A DNA stretch of 50,000 bases from Chiloscyllium plagiosum. Lineage: Eukaryota. Positions 11,191-21,640 of the stretch are shown piece by piece. The notes below the pieces were generated by a model, which saw nothing but the letters and a program-made list of their open reading frames with translations, made no database searches and was not told the origin of the DNA. A program made the position numbers and the translations under genes. Location: NCBI RefSeq assembly GCF_004010195.1, contig NW_025214737.1:1-50000 (forward strand), in the 5' to 3' direction. Within the stretch, counting starts at the first letter, position 1, and every line of letters begins with the position of its first letter.

Positions 11191-12230
11191 TCCCTTCCTC
11201 AACCTCCCTGCCCCTCTGCTTCTGAGAACAGGTTAGCGGCCAATATTTTCTGCAAGTCCACCAATTCCCACAACTAATTGATTGCATTTCTTCCAACCCC
11301 ATTTGCTGCAAGGACTTTATTCCAAACTCTCAGTTTCTGTGTCTATGCCCATTCTCACAATGCCACTTTCCACACCAATACTTTGATATGTTTTCCTTTA
11401 TCCTTATCTGGGTATTTCTCCTGACATGGTCAATAGGGCCCATGACTGTATCTGTTTCAGTGCGTCCATATCTGATCACATCCCTTCTTCTACTACACAG
11501 AATCACAATAAAGTGTTTCTTCCACTGACCTTCCACCTCACCAGTCCTTGCATTCAATGAATTATTGTCTGCCATTTCCACTACATCCAGAATGGCACTA
11601 TGATCAATAATATCATCCATTTCCCTCTCTTTTCAGCATTCCAATGAAATTGTTTTCTCTCTGACATTTTGATCCATTCCTCAGGCATCCTGACATCTTC
11701 CTTTCCCATTGTATTTTCCCAACACCTGCCCTTTCTTCTCTCCTTCTCTAGTCTGAAACATTCTTTCCCAGTGAAACTGAGTTGTATTTCTAGTTTGTTT
11801 TTTGCTTGTTTTTACCTCACTTGTATAATTTGCATTTTCATTTCAATTTAGGTTTAGATTAGATTCCCTACAGTGTGGAAACAGGCCGAAGAGCATCCCA
11901 CCCAAACCGATTCCCCTCTGACTAATGTACCTAACACTAAAGGCAATTTAGCATGGCCAATTGACCTAACCTGCACATCTTTGGACAGTGGGAGGAAATC
12001 GGAGCACCCGGAGGAAACCCACGCGGACATAGAGAGAACGTGCAAACTCCACACAGACAGTTACCCAATATCATCTAACCCAGTCCCTGGCGCTGTGAGG
12101 CAGCAGTGCTAACCACTGATCTACCCTATTTAGTATTCTGCATTAATTGTTTACGATGCATTCCTCTCCTCATTGGGAAGATCAACATGGATTTGGTGAC
12201 AACTTACTGAAATAGGAGTGCATGCTTCCA
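11190..12230 (+). mobile_element. Decayed Penelope-like element (RT end / GIY-YIG endonuclease) split by a SINE
   Basis: 12130-12210 translates LVFCINCLRCIPLLIGK..., resembling the Penelope EN motif LVYCIxCxxCxxxYIGET; heavily degenerate. Confidence 0.55.
11854..12119 (-). mobile_element. HE1-type SINE inserted in the Penelope remnant
   Basis: (ttaga)n tail, HE1 core, head gcagcagtgctaaccactg. Confidence 0.9.
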
Positions 12231-12519
12231 ATGAGCCACTTACTCGAGTGTGGAGTTCCCAGTAGACTCCATGCATTAGAGTAGCAGTGATAATACTCCA
12301 GCTGGGGTTTGATCAGTAATTCAAAGAGGTGCTATATATCTTCACTGTTTTTGCATTGCAGCCCTAGTTCTGGTTTCTTACTTTGCTGCATTTAATGCCA
12401 ATGCCACTATTAGATGGAGCATGTTCATGCATGCATGCACAGAATCAGTGTTTTTTCACATTACAATGCTGATGCGATGGGAGAGGTATATTGCAGAGAG
12501 GGCTGAACCTCTGCTCAAG

Positions 12520-12660
12520 AGGCCTTTGAGCAGAGAGGTTGGTGTCAGGTCCACAGGCCTTTGAACAGAGAGATTGGTGTCAGGTCCACAGGCCTTTGAG
12601 CAGAGAGGTTGGTGTCAGGTCCACAGGCTTTTGGGCAGAGAGGTGGGGATCAGGTCTAGG
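12520..12660. repeat. 35-bp minisatellite, about 4 copies
   Basis: Unit aggcctttgagcagagaggttggtgtcaggtccac starting at 12520, 12555, 12590, 12625. Confidence 0.95.
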
Positions 12661-13010
12661 GCCTTAATTTTAATTGTCCCGTGATTAGTGCAGTCATGTA
12701 TCCAACCAGTGGCCACTTTGATGGCAGACAAAACATCGTCCACTTGATTCAAAGCTTAGAGTGCACACTGAGTTAGAAACCAAAAACATAACTGCATTAT
12801 AAAAAGCAAGGAAGATATGCAGAATGTTTCTAAATTACTGATTAAATGCCACATGCAGCATTACCTCCATTCATTCTGCAAGCAATTCTGAGCTCTGGAT
12901 CACCTTTCTCTGTAGTTAGCCATCCACACTACTCCGGTAAAATCAATGCAGTTATTTTTAATCACCCTTTTTAATGTCCAACTCTCCATGCTCATATACA
13001 AATACATTGA

Positions 13011-13327
13011 GGACGGCACGGTAGCACAGTGGTTAGCACTGCTGCTTCACAGCGCCAGAGACCCGGGTTCAATTCCCGCCTCAGGCGACTCTCTGTGTGG
13101 AGTTTGCACATTCTCCCCGTGTCTGCGTGGGTTTCCTCCGGGTGCTCCGGTTTCCTCCCACAATCCAAAAATGTGCAGGGGTTAGGTGAATTGGCCATGC
13201 TAAATTGCCCGTAGTGTTAGGTGAAGGGGTAAATGTAGGAGAATGGGTCTGGGTGGGTTATGCTTCGGCGGGTCGGTGTGGACTTGTTGGGCCGAAGGGC
13301 CTGTTTCCACACTGTAAGTAATCTAAT
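13011..13327 (+). mobile_element. HE1-type SINE, full length
   Basis: Head ggcacggtagcacagtggttagcactgctg (A box), gggttcaattccc (B box), core gtgtggagtttgcacattctccccgtgtctgcgtgggtttcctccgggtgctccggtttcctcccac, CR1-like tail ending taatctaat. Confidence 0.95.
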
Positions 13328-13493
13328 TGCCTTTTGTTGTGTCCACCACTCTTTCTCTGTCTTTGTACTTGCTTAAACCTTGTAACATCACTAACTTTTC
13401 CAGTTTTTTTAAGTTCATGGTTCAGAAACGTTAGTTCTGTTTCTCTCAAGACAGATACTACCTGACCAGTTGAAAAATTCCACCATTTCCTGT

Positions 13494-13674
13494 TTTATTT
13501 TCAGTCTGTACAGCAATTAGCTTAGGAACAGCACCCTGCTTTGATTGTGATTGGTCAGTCGACTCAGAACTGACCCTTCATCCTTGTCAAATGAGTTACA
13601 GAATCCTGACAGTGCAGAAAGAGGTCATTTGGCTCATCAAGACTGCACCAACCACCCAAAGATTATCTCTCCAG
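13494..13674 (+). repeat. 181-bp direct repeat, copy A (copy B at 16371-16551)
   Basis: Ungapped match with only a handful of substitutions. Confidence 0.95.
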
Positions 13675-14150
13675 ATCCTATAACCCTGCATTTACCATGG
13701 CTGATCCACATGTCTGGATACTATGGGACAATTTAACATGGCTACCCAACTTGCAGATCTTTGGACTGTGGGAGGAAACTGCAGCATTTGACAGAAAGTC
13801 ACACAGACATGGGGAGAACTTGCGAACTCGACACAGTCATCCGAATGTGGAATGATCAGATTTCCTACAGTGTGGAAACAGGCCCTTCGGCCCAACAAGT
13901 CCACACTGACTTTCCGAAGAGCAACCCACCCGGACCCATTCCCCTAACACTGCAGGCAATTTAGCATGACAAATTCACCTAACCTGCACATTTTTGGACT
14001 GTGGGAGGAAACTGGAGCCCCCGGAGGAAACCCACGCAGACACGGGGAGAATGTGCAAACTCCACACAGACAGTTGCCTGAAGTGGGAATTGAACCCAGG
14101 TCCCTGGCGCTGTGAGGCAGCAGTGCTAACTGCTCAGCCACCGTGGAGCC
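13595..14150 (-). mobile_element. Two adjacent HE1-type SINEs (about 13595-13842 and 13856-14150)
   Basis: Two successive HE1 cores in reverse orientation. Confidence 0.85.
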
Positions 14151-14279
14151 CATGTCTGTATACAGTGTAGTGAATTGACTGGGATCAAACAATTAAGGTT
14201 TGTAAAACATTGTAAGTAAAATCCACCAAAGTGGAAGTAAGAATTGAACAAAAGAATTTCAGGGAATATCTATGACTTG

Positions 14280-14400
14280 GAAGTGCTGATGTTGGGCTGG
14301 GGTGGACCAAGTTAAAAATCACACAACACCAGGTCATAGTCGAGCCGGTTTATTTGGAAGCACTAACTTTTGCTTCAAAATAAACCAGTTGGACTATACC
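14280..14400. mobile_element. Penelope-derived inverted remnant (family P2), ribozyme core deleted
   Basis: aagttaaaaatcacacaacaccagg...tttatttggaagcacta / aataaacc.gttggactata; matches 14890-14980. Confidence 0.7.
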
Positions 14401-14738
14401 CCAATACTATGATCGTGGAAGATTGTGAGCATTGTTGGATCAGCTGGGATCACACTGAGCAGACTCGATGGATGCCCACTTTTACACCTACGTCTTATGA
14501 TCCTTAAGGGACAAAATTGCTTCTGATTAATTAAACGTTCAGAGTTATTTTTACTAAAACATTCATTTTCAATTTATTCTTTGGTGTATTTAAATATTGT
14601 TGGAGGCTTTTTTCGATCATAGATCTTCGACACTTTGTACAAACAAATACAAATCACTGCAAACTATTGAAAAATCTCAGAAGCAAGCACTGAAGCTGTC
14701 AAATGATTGATTCCGAAGAATACTATTTAACGATTGTC

Positions 14739-14988
14739 TACTATTTAATTATTTAAAGACTCAGCAGACAATCAAGGTATTTTTCAGTGTACAATTTCAG
14801 TTACCTCACACTGTAAATTTTTGCTATAAATTCTGTGCCTTACAATAGTGTCCTCCACAACCACCTGATGAAGGAGCGGCGCTCCGAAAGCTAGTGCTTC
14901 CAATTAAACCTTTCAGACTATAACCTGATGTTGTGTGATTTTTAACTTTGTATACCCCAGTCCAACACCAGCATCTCCAAATCATGAC
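14739..14988 (+). mobile_element. Penelope-derived terminal-repeat fragment (family P2) with 18-bp TSD
   Basis: Flanked by tactatttaacgattgtc (14721-14738) and tactatttaatgattgtc (14989-15006); homologous to 49380-49552 and 17950-18112. Confidence 0.8.
14862..14896 (+). ncRNA. Minimal type I hammerhead ribozyme motif (intact core)
   Basis: cac-CTGATGA-a-GGAGC-ggc-GCTCC-GAAA-GCTA-gtg: stem I cac/gtg, 5-bp stem II, loopless palindromic stem III (AGCT), predicted cleavage after CUA at 14893. Confidence 0.75.
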
Positions 14989-15147
14989 TACTATTTAATG
15001 ATTGTCAAAAAAGAAACATTATCTAGCTGCTTAAACATTTCATGGCAATACGAATAATTAAGGGGTGCTTCGCCAAAAGGTGAAGACATTTGCACGTGTT
15101 CAAAATGATCAATAAAACGATTACAGTTTTCAGCAAGTAACTCTTAC

Positions 15148-15220
15148 CATTACTGTTACAGGGCACTGTGCTAAATGACCGCTGAGCCAATGCAAATAAT
15201 AGAATGCAGAAGAGCCACAT
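15148..15220 (-). CDS. First coding exon (signal peptide) of a mucin-domain cell-surface glycoprotein gene; best candidate CD45/PTPRC, alternatives endomucin/CD34-like
   Basis: Minus strand reads caagATG TGG CTC TTC TGC ATT CTA TTA TTT GCA TTG GCT...AAC AGT AAT G|gtaagag. This gives 24 codons +1 nt (73 nt), a hydrophobic leader MWLFCILLFALAQRSFS and a strong phase-1 donor at 15147. A pyrimidine-rich acceptor (gtttcttattgtctag, ending at 15271) lies 50 nt upstream of the ATG. Confidence 0.75.
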
Positions 15221-15270
15221 CTTGTACCCAGCTGGGGTCAGTTCTTTCAAACGTTCTTCCTCCCAAAACG

Positions 15271-15760
15271 CTAGACAATAAGAAACAACATGTGGACCGA
15301 CAACATGCTAGAAAATAAGAAGCAGCAACATGCCACACTTATGTTGAAGGTGAGACTTTTTTTTTCCTGGTAGAGTATGTATATTGCTTGGACAGAGGCG
15401 GAGTTATGATGCTTTCTGTTCACATTTTATCTCCGAGTAACTTATTTGAGTCGGTGTCAAACCGGTTTTTTTTTGTTGTTTGCATATTTTATATGAATGT
15501 GTTTCGTTTCCTTGTGCAAGTTAAACGCTGCTCAGATTCAATCACCGATCTTCTTTACCCATTTCAAGCCTCGTATTTTGGACTTTGATCTGTCATTGTT
15601 ACCAATCACACCTTCAGAAATCGGCTAATTCAACAGCTTCACTTTCTTTTTGTCCAACTCACTTTCCACTGTTGGCAGACTTCTCCGATAAGATGTGGAG
15701 AAGGAAGAGTTGGATATTTAATAAACCTTAACTACCACAGTAAGACTTAATTCGAATTTG
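15271..15760 (-). promoter_or_regulatory. Putative promoter / 5' non-coding exon region of the minus-strand gene
   Basis: Repeat-free island with more CpGs than the surroundings. Two candidate minus-strand donors: GG|gtaaag at 15558 and AAA|gtgagt at 15662. ETS-IRF composite match GGAAACGAAA at 15511-15502; RUNX match TGTGGT at 15739-15734. Confidence 0.45.
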
Positions 15761-16370
15761 TAAAGCACTGAACTTTTATTATCTTAACGTCAGAAACCTA
15801 ACTGAACCAAGCACACAAATGCTGAGGCTAAAAGAACAGGCATCAGCTTGCTGCAATAAGTCAGGGCTATAATGAACTGTCCATTTCGTGAATGAATGGA
15901 GCTTCCACAATACTCAAAGAGTTCAAAACAATCCAAAAAATCAGACCAATTGATCTGCACATTAAATATTTCTCTATTAGCGCAACATGGTGAAATATCC
16001 ATACTATACACAAGATTCACTGCCAGCTAAATTATTCAACAGTTCCTCCCAAATCAACAATTTCTATCACCGAGAGGAAAGGAAATGCGTAAATGCGGAT
16101 ATCATCACCTCTGTGACCCCCTCCAAGTCATCCACCCCTTCTGTCTATAGCGTGTTTCTTTGTAAGTACCAAATGCTAAAACTTGTGCCATAGCCACCTT
16201 ATGGGAGCACATTCATCATGTGGACTACAATTCAAGAAGACAGCTTGTTATTACTTTCTTAATGGCAAGTAGGGATGGTCTATAAAGTTTGCCAGTGATG
16301 CCCCAAATCCTGTGTATAAATAAATAAATATTCCCTAAAACATTGCAAGGTCAGTCAAAATTTAACAAAA

Positions 16371-16551
16371 TTTATTTTCAGTCTGTATAGCAATTAGCTT
16401 AGGAACAGCACCCTGCTTTGATTGTGATTAGTCAGTCAACTCAGAACTGACCCTTCATCCTTGTCAAATGAATTACAGAATCCTGACAGTGCAGAAAGAG
16501 GTCATTTGGCCCATCAAGACTGTACCAACCACCCAAAGAGTATCCCTCCAG
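16371..16551 (+). repeat. 181-bp direct repeat, copy B
   Basis: Matches 13494-13674; offset 2877 bp. Confidence 0.95.
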
Positions 16552-17200
16552 GCTGCAGGAGTAGGCCATTCAGTCCCTCAAGCCTTCTCCACCATCCAGA
16601 TCATGGCTGATTATCTGTCTTTGCTATTCTCCTGCTCTCATCCCATGTCCCTTCATGTAATTAGTCTCGAGAAACCTATCAATCTATATCTTGAACATAT
16701 TCAAAGACTGATTTTCCACAACATCCTTTATAATAGATTCTAGTATTTCCTCCACTAGTAACCACAGATGCATGTCTGTAGTGCCTTATCTAATATTCTG
16801 CCTTCTTCCTTCCTGAATAGAGGGGCGACATTTGTAACTTTCCAATTTTCATCCAATCTTCCAGCATCAATAGCATTATGAAAGATGACCATAAATATTA
16901 TTAATTCTATCATCACCTCTTCTGATTCTTTTGGATGAAAATCACTGGCACCTGGATATTTCATTACTTTCAATACTACTAAGTTCTCCAGTACTACTTT
17001 CATTTGCCAATAATAATTTCTTTCAGTTTCTCATTCTCACTGATCCCGTGGCTTGTTGTTATTTCTGAATAATTTCTTCTGTCTCATCTGTGAGGATGAT
17101 ACAACTAATAAATTAGCTTCTCTGCCATTCCCCTGTTTGCAACTACAATTTCTCCTGTAATAAATCCACATTTGTTTCTGCTAATCACTTCCGTTTTACT
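16552..17200 (-). mobile_element. Old CR1 fragments
   Basis: ORF 16755..17003 KYPGASDFHPK...ENWKVTNVAPLFRK resembles CR1 'KSPGPDxxHPR...DWKxANVxPxFKK'. Confidence 0.75.
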
Positions 17201-17261
17201 CACATAGAATCATTGAACCCTTGCATTATGGAAAGAGACCATTCATCTTGAACGACGTAAA

Positions 17262-17600
17262 AGATAATCAGAGGGTTAGATAGGGTGAACAGTGGGAACC
17301 TTTTTCCTCGGATGGTGAAGGCTAACACAAAGGGACATTGCTTTAAATTGAGGGGTGACAGATTTAGGATAGATATTAGGGGTAGTTTCTTTACTCAAAG
17401 AGTAGTAGGGGCGTGGAACAACCTGCCTGCAACAGTCTTAGACTCGCCAACATTAAATGGGCATTTAAATGGTCATTGGACAAACATATGGATAATAATG
17501 GAACTGTGTAGGTTAGATGGGCATCAGATTAATTTTACAGGTCGGCACAACATCGAGGGCCAAAGGGCCTGTACTGCGTGGTAACGTTCTATGTTCTATC
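17262..17600 (+). mobile_element. CR1 3' end
   Basis: TKGHCFKLRGDRFRIDIRGSFFTQRVVGAWNNLP; ends gttctatgttctat. Confidence 0.9.
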
Positions 17601-17949
17601 TCACTAAGGCTGCACCATTCCCCTGAAGAGCATCACCATTAAAGATTTTACAATTTATTTTTCTGTTTCTCAATAATTCACATCTATGCTCCACCCGTCC
17701 TTTAGCACATGTCTTTTTGTGCTAAATTCTGAAATTTTTCCAATCCTCAGTCCTACTACATCTTGGCAAAGATTATACAGTTCCTCCTATGATCTAATAT
17801 AATCGTTAATTGCCTTTCTTGGCCATGTTTGATTCAGTTTTCCTGCTGAGGTTTTGTACCTTACAGGAACTTATGTTTGTTACAAAAACATGCATCAATT
17901 CTTTAAACACTAGCCATTGCTTCTCTTCCATCACGCATTTCAATGTTTT

Positions 17950-18112
17950 AGAGGTGCCAGTGTTGGACTGGAGTGTACAAAGTTAAAAATCACACAACAC
18001 CAGGTTATAGTCCAACAGTTGACAACCACCTGATGAAGGAGCAGCGTTCCAAAAGCTAGTGCTTCCAAATAAACCTGTTGGACTATAACCTGGAGCTGTG
18101 TGATTTTTTAAC
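17950..18112. mobile_element. Penelope-derived inverted-repeat element (P2) with mutated hammerhead in the loop
   Basis: Arms about 17982-18018 and 18075-18112; loop cacCTGATGAaggagcagcgttccAAAAgctagtg (GAAA changed to AAAA). Confidence 0.8.
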
Positions 18113-18271
18113 ATGTCAATACATTTTCTCAATCCATCACAGCCAACTTTCCAGCCACATCTAGCTTCCTTTGTTTAACCTTAAGACCCATCTTTAGATT
18201 GAATGTATTGTTTTCAAACTTAATTGAAAATTCCATCATATTGTGGTTAATCTTTCCAGAAGAATTTCTGC

Positions 18272-18459
18272 GAGGAGAAAGTGAGGGCTGCAGATGCTGG
18301 AGATCAGAGCTGAAAATGTGTTGCTGGAAATGCGCAGCAGGTCAGGCAGCATCCAAGGAACAGCCCTGAAGAAGAGCTTATGCCCGAAACGTCGATTCTC
18401 CTGTTCCTTGGATGCTGCCTGACCTGCTGCGCTTTTCCAGCAACACATTTTCAGCTCAG
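18272..18459. mobile_element. Penelope-derived inverted-repeat element (P1) with 14-bp TSD
   Basis: 57-bp arms 18307-18363 and 18401-18457 (1 mismatch); TSD agaagaatttctgc at 18258-18271 and 18460-18473. Confidence 0.85.
18366..18396 (+). ncRNA. Minimal hammerhead ribozyme motif (one stem II mismatch)
   Basis: CTGAAGA-a-gagc-ttat-gccc-GAAAC-GTC; predicted cleavage after 18393. Confidence 0.6.
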
Positions 18460-19339
18460 AGAAGAATTTCTGCAACAACTTTATTAATTCACTCCTTCAC
18501 AATGCATAATACTAGATCTAAAAGAACCCATTTCCTAACTGGTTGCTTAACATACTGTCTGGAAAACCACTTTGTACAACCTTCAGGAATTCACCTACCA
18601 CAGCATTCATGGTCATTTAAATTGCCCAGTCTATATCTAAATTGAAATTAACCAAGACTATTGAATTACTCCTGTTTCATGTAGCTCCAATCACCTGATT
18701 TATACCATGCATTTATACAAATATGTTTGGTGGCCTACAAACAATTCTACCAAGCTCTGTCTAAACATTTTCCATGCCCTGTTTTTCCCATCCTCCTTGT
18801 ACAGGTCCCACATGTCCAGAACCCGTCGCAATACCCCTGAGATGTAATGCCCCTGTTTTATTCCATTTTTGCAGCAGTGCTTTCTATAATATTTCTATAA
18901 CCACTAGCACACAGTATTGGGAGTAACATTTAATGTTTTATTCTTCAATCATTTTCCTGGTTTCTTTACCACTGCTTTCAGATCCTCATCCCTATTTGTA
19001 CTTTTATCATTGGTACAAATGTAGACCATGAGCTCTGGCAGTGCTCACTCCCTGAAAAAAAGTGACTGGTGACATCTTGGTGACCTCCTTAACACTGATA
19101 TCAGAGAGGTAACATATCATTCTGACGTTATGTCCATGTCGCAGAAACATCCATCCATTCCTTCAATTATTGATCTCCTACTAATGCTTGCTTTCCACTC
19201 TTCTTCATTGCCAAATATGTAGCTGGGCTGGTTGTTGTATCACAACTTTGACTCCTTCTACATTCCTCCACACTCTCCCCACCAACAAAATGTAAAATCA
19301 TTTAGTGAATAAGATAGATTCAAGGAACTCCTGCCAAAG

Positions 19340-20175
19340 GTATGGCAAAGGGATTGCTGCTGGGAGTTGAACTCTTGATAACTTGTAATAACAATTTGGA
19401 TGAAGGGATGGAAGGTGTGGTAGCTAAGTTTGCTGATGTCATCAAAATAGGTCAGCCAGTGAGCTGTGAAGAGGACATAAGGTGCTCACAAAGAGATGTG
19501 GATCAGTTACGTGTGTGGGCAAAGATCTGGCCGATGGAGTAGGATGTGCGAAAGTGCGACATTGTGTATTTTGGCAGATTAAAAAAGGAGCATTATCTAA
19601 CCGTGAGAAACTGCAGAACTTCTGGTCGCCCAGTTATAGGAAGGATATTATTAAGCTGGAGAGGGTTCAGAAGAGATTTACCAGGATGTTGCTGGGTATG
19701 GAATGTTTGAGTTATAAAGAAAGGCTAGGACTTTTTTTACTGGAGTGTAGGAGGTTGAGAGGTGATCTGATAGAAGTTTATAAAATAATGAGAGGTATGG
19801 ATAGAGTTGATGGTAGTTGTCTTTTCCCCAAGATGGGGAGTTTCAAGACGAGGCAGCATATTTTTAAGGTGAGAGGAGAGAGAATTAAAAAAGACATGAG
19901 GCATTTTTTGTTTTACACAGAAGGAATGGTGACTGCAGGTACAATTATAATGTTTCAAATATATTTGGATGAATACATAAATAGGAAAGGTTTGGAGGGA
20001 TATGGGCCAGGAGCAGGCAGGTAGGACTAGTTTAGTTTGGGGTTATTTTCGGCATGGACCCGTTGGACCAAAGGGTCTGTTTCTGCACTGTATGACTCTT
20101 TGACTCTATAACTCTGAGATGCTGAGAGATCTGGGTGTCATTGTACATGAATTACCAAAGTTTAGTATGCAGGTT
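19340..20175 (+). mobile_element. Older CR1 RT fragment interrupted by a younger CR1 3' end (about 19620-20112)
   Basis: VAKFADVIKIG (older copy); FWSPSYRKDIIKLERVQKRFTRML and tail tatgactctttgactctat (younger copy); the older copy resumes ctgagatgc.gagagatctgggtgtc. Confidence 0.85.
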
Positions 20176-21029
20176 TCTTTAGTAATGGATTTCTATAAAT
20201 TAATTACTACATGGAAAACGTTTAAACACTAAATCCCACTTACTTCCCAAAATAATGTCAGAAATTGTATATCTCACCTATAGAATCATACTTAATGTGT
20301 CCTTCACTCTGTTTCACATGCCCGTTCCATATTTGAATTTGAGAAAATTAGAGGTGTTTTTATCATTCGTGCAAAAAGTCTCATAAATGATGCAAAGATA
20401 ACTTGCTTCACAACATCACACGTAACCCAAAGCAAATGAAGAAAGCAATACAATTTGGTTGCATTGTTTTCAGTGGTTCCTTTTCAAATGAGTTTGCATC
20501 ACTAAATACAGCACTTGCCATGAATCAGTGAAAGATGGCAATGTTTAGAATATGTTTACAACATGACTTTTGTTTGTCTAAATACTCATTGGTGTATTTA
20601 AGAATGGTACCTGGATGCAATTTGTTTAAAACAGCTGAGAATTGGTTTATCACTAAAAATAATTTTTAGTCAATGTCTATAATTTCATCTGCGAGTAACT
20701 TGATTTTAAAGAAATGAGAATGACAGGACCATTTGCTGCTTGCATTCTTGAATAGCAATCAGCTTTTAACTAAACTTAAAAGCAAATTATGTTCAGTGGC
20801 TTTTGAAATGTGATAATTAATGTCTTTGTAATATCAGAAATATCCTAGAAAACGATCTCATTCCAAGCAGGCCAGGAGGAGCACCCTAAATTTCAAATGG
20901 CTGTCAAGGCCTGAATTTCTTCATTTCTGGCTCATTCTGAAAAATTACTGGTTAAATCTCCATGATCGTATACCAGGTCACCAATGCCTTGTTTTTCAAA
21001 GCAACAAATCATGTGGCTGTTGTGGTCAA

Positions 21030-21640
21030 CATAGATATATAGATAATAGGTGCAGGGGTAGGCCATTTGCTCCTTCGAATGCGCTATCATTCAATATGAC
21101 CATGGTTGATCATGCAATTTCAATATCCCACTCCTGCTTTCTCTCCAAACACATCGATCCATTTAGCCACAAGGGCCACGCCCAGCTCTCTATTGAATAT
21201 ATCTGACGAACTGGTCTCAGCAGCTTTCTGTGAGCAAGAATTCCACAGGTTCACAACTCTGAGTGAAGAAATTCTTCCTCCCTTTAGTCCTGAATGGCTT
21301 ATATGTAAGTCTTAGATTATGCCCACTAGTCTGGACTTTCCTAATATCAGGAACATTCTTCTCGCATCTAGTCTGTCCAGTCCCATCAGGATTTTATGTT
21401 TTTATGAAATCCCACCTCATTCTTGTGAGTACAATTCTAGTGAGTACAAGCCAAGTCAATCCAGTCTTGCTGCATATGTCAGCCCTGTCATCCCAGGAAT
21501 CAGTCTGGTGAGCCTTTGCTGGATTCCCTTAACAGCAAGAATGTCTTCCTCAGAACAGGAGACTGCCCACAATACTCAAGGTGTGGCCTCACCAAGGCCC
21601 TGTAACCGCAGCAAGCCATCCTTCCTCCTATACTCAAACA
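21030..21640 (-). mobile_element. CR1 3' fragment
   Basis: gactgcccacaatactcaaggtgtggcctcacc is the reverse of VRPHLEYCxQ; typical tail. Confidence 0.8.

Noticed and set aside
12520..12660. Regularly spaced repeats resembling a CRISPR array
   Set aside because: Whole 35-bp units repeat with no unique spacers, and the context is eukaryotic; it is a minisatellite.
13011..13085. tRNA-like sequences with A/B boxes (also 42486, 46351, 2360-2420)
   Set aside because: These are SINE heads continuing into SINE bodies, not tRNA genes.
19482..20024. 180-aa ORF, and the 213-aa ORF at 23909-24550, as host genes
   Set aside because: CR1 ORF2 C-terminal fragments; the first is a chimera of nested copies.
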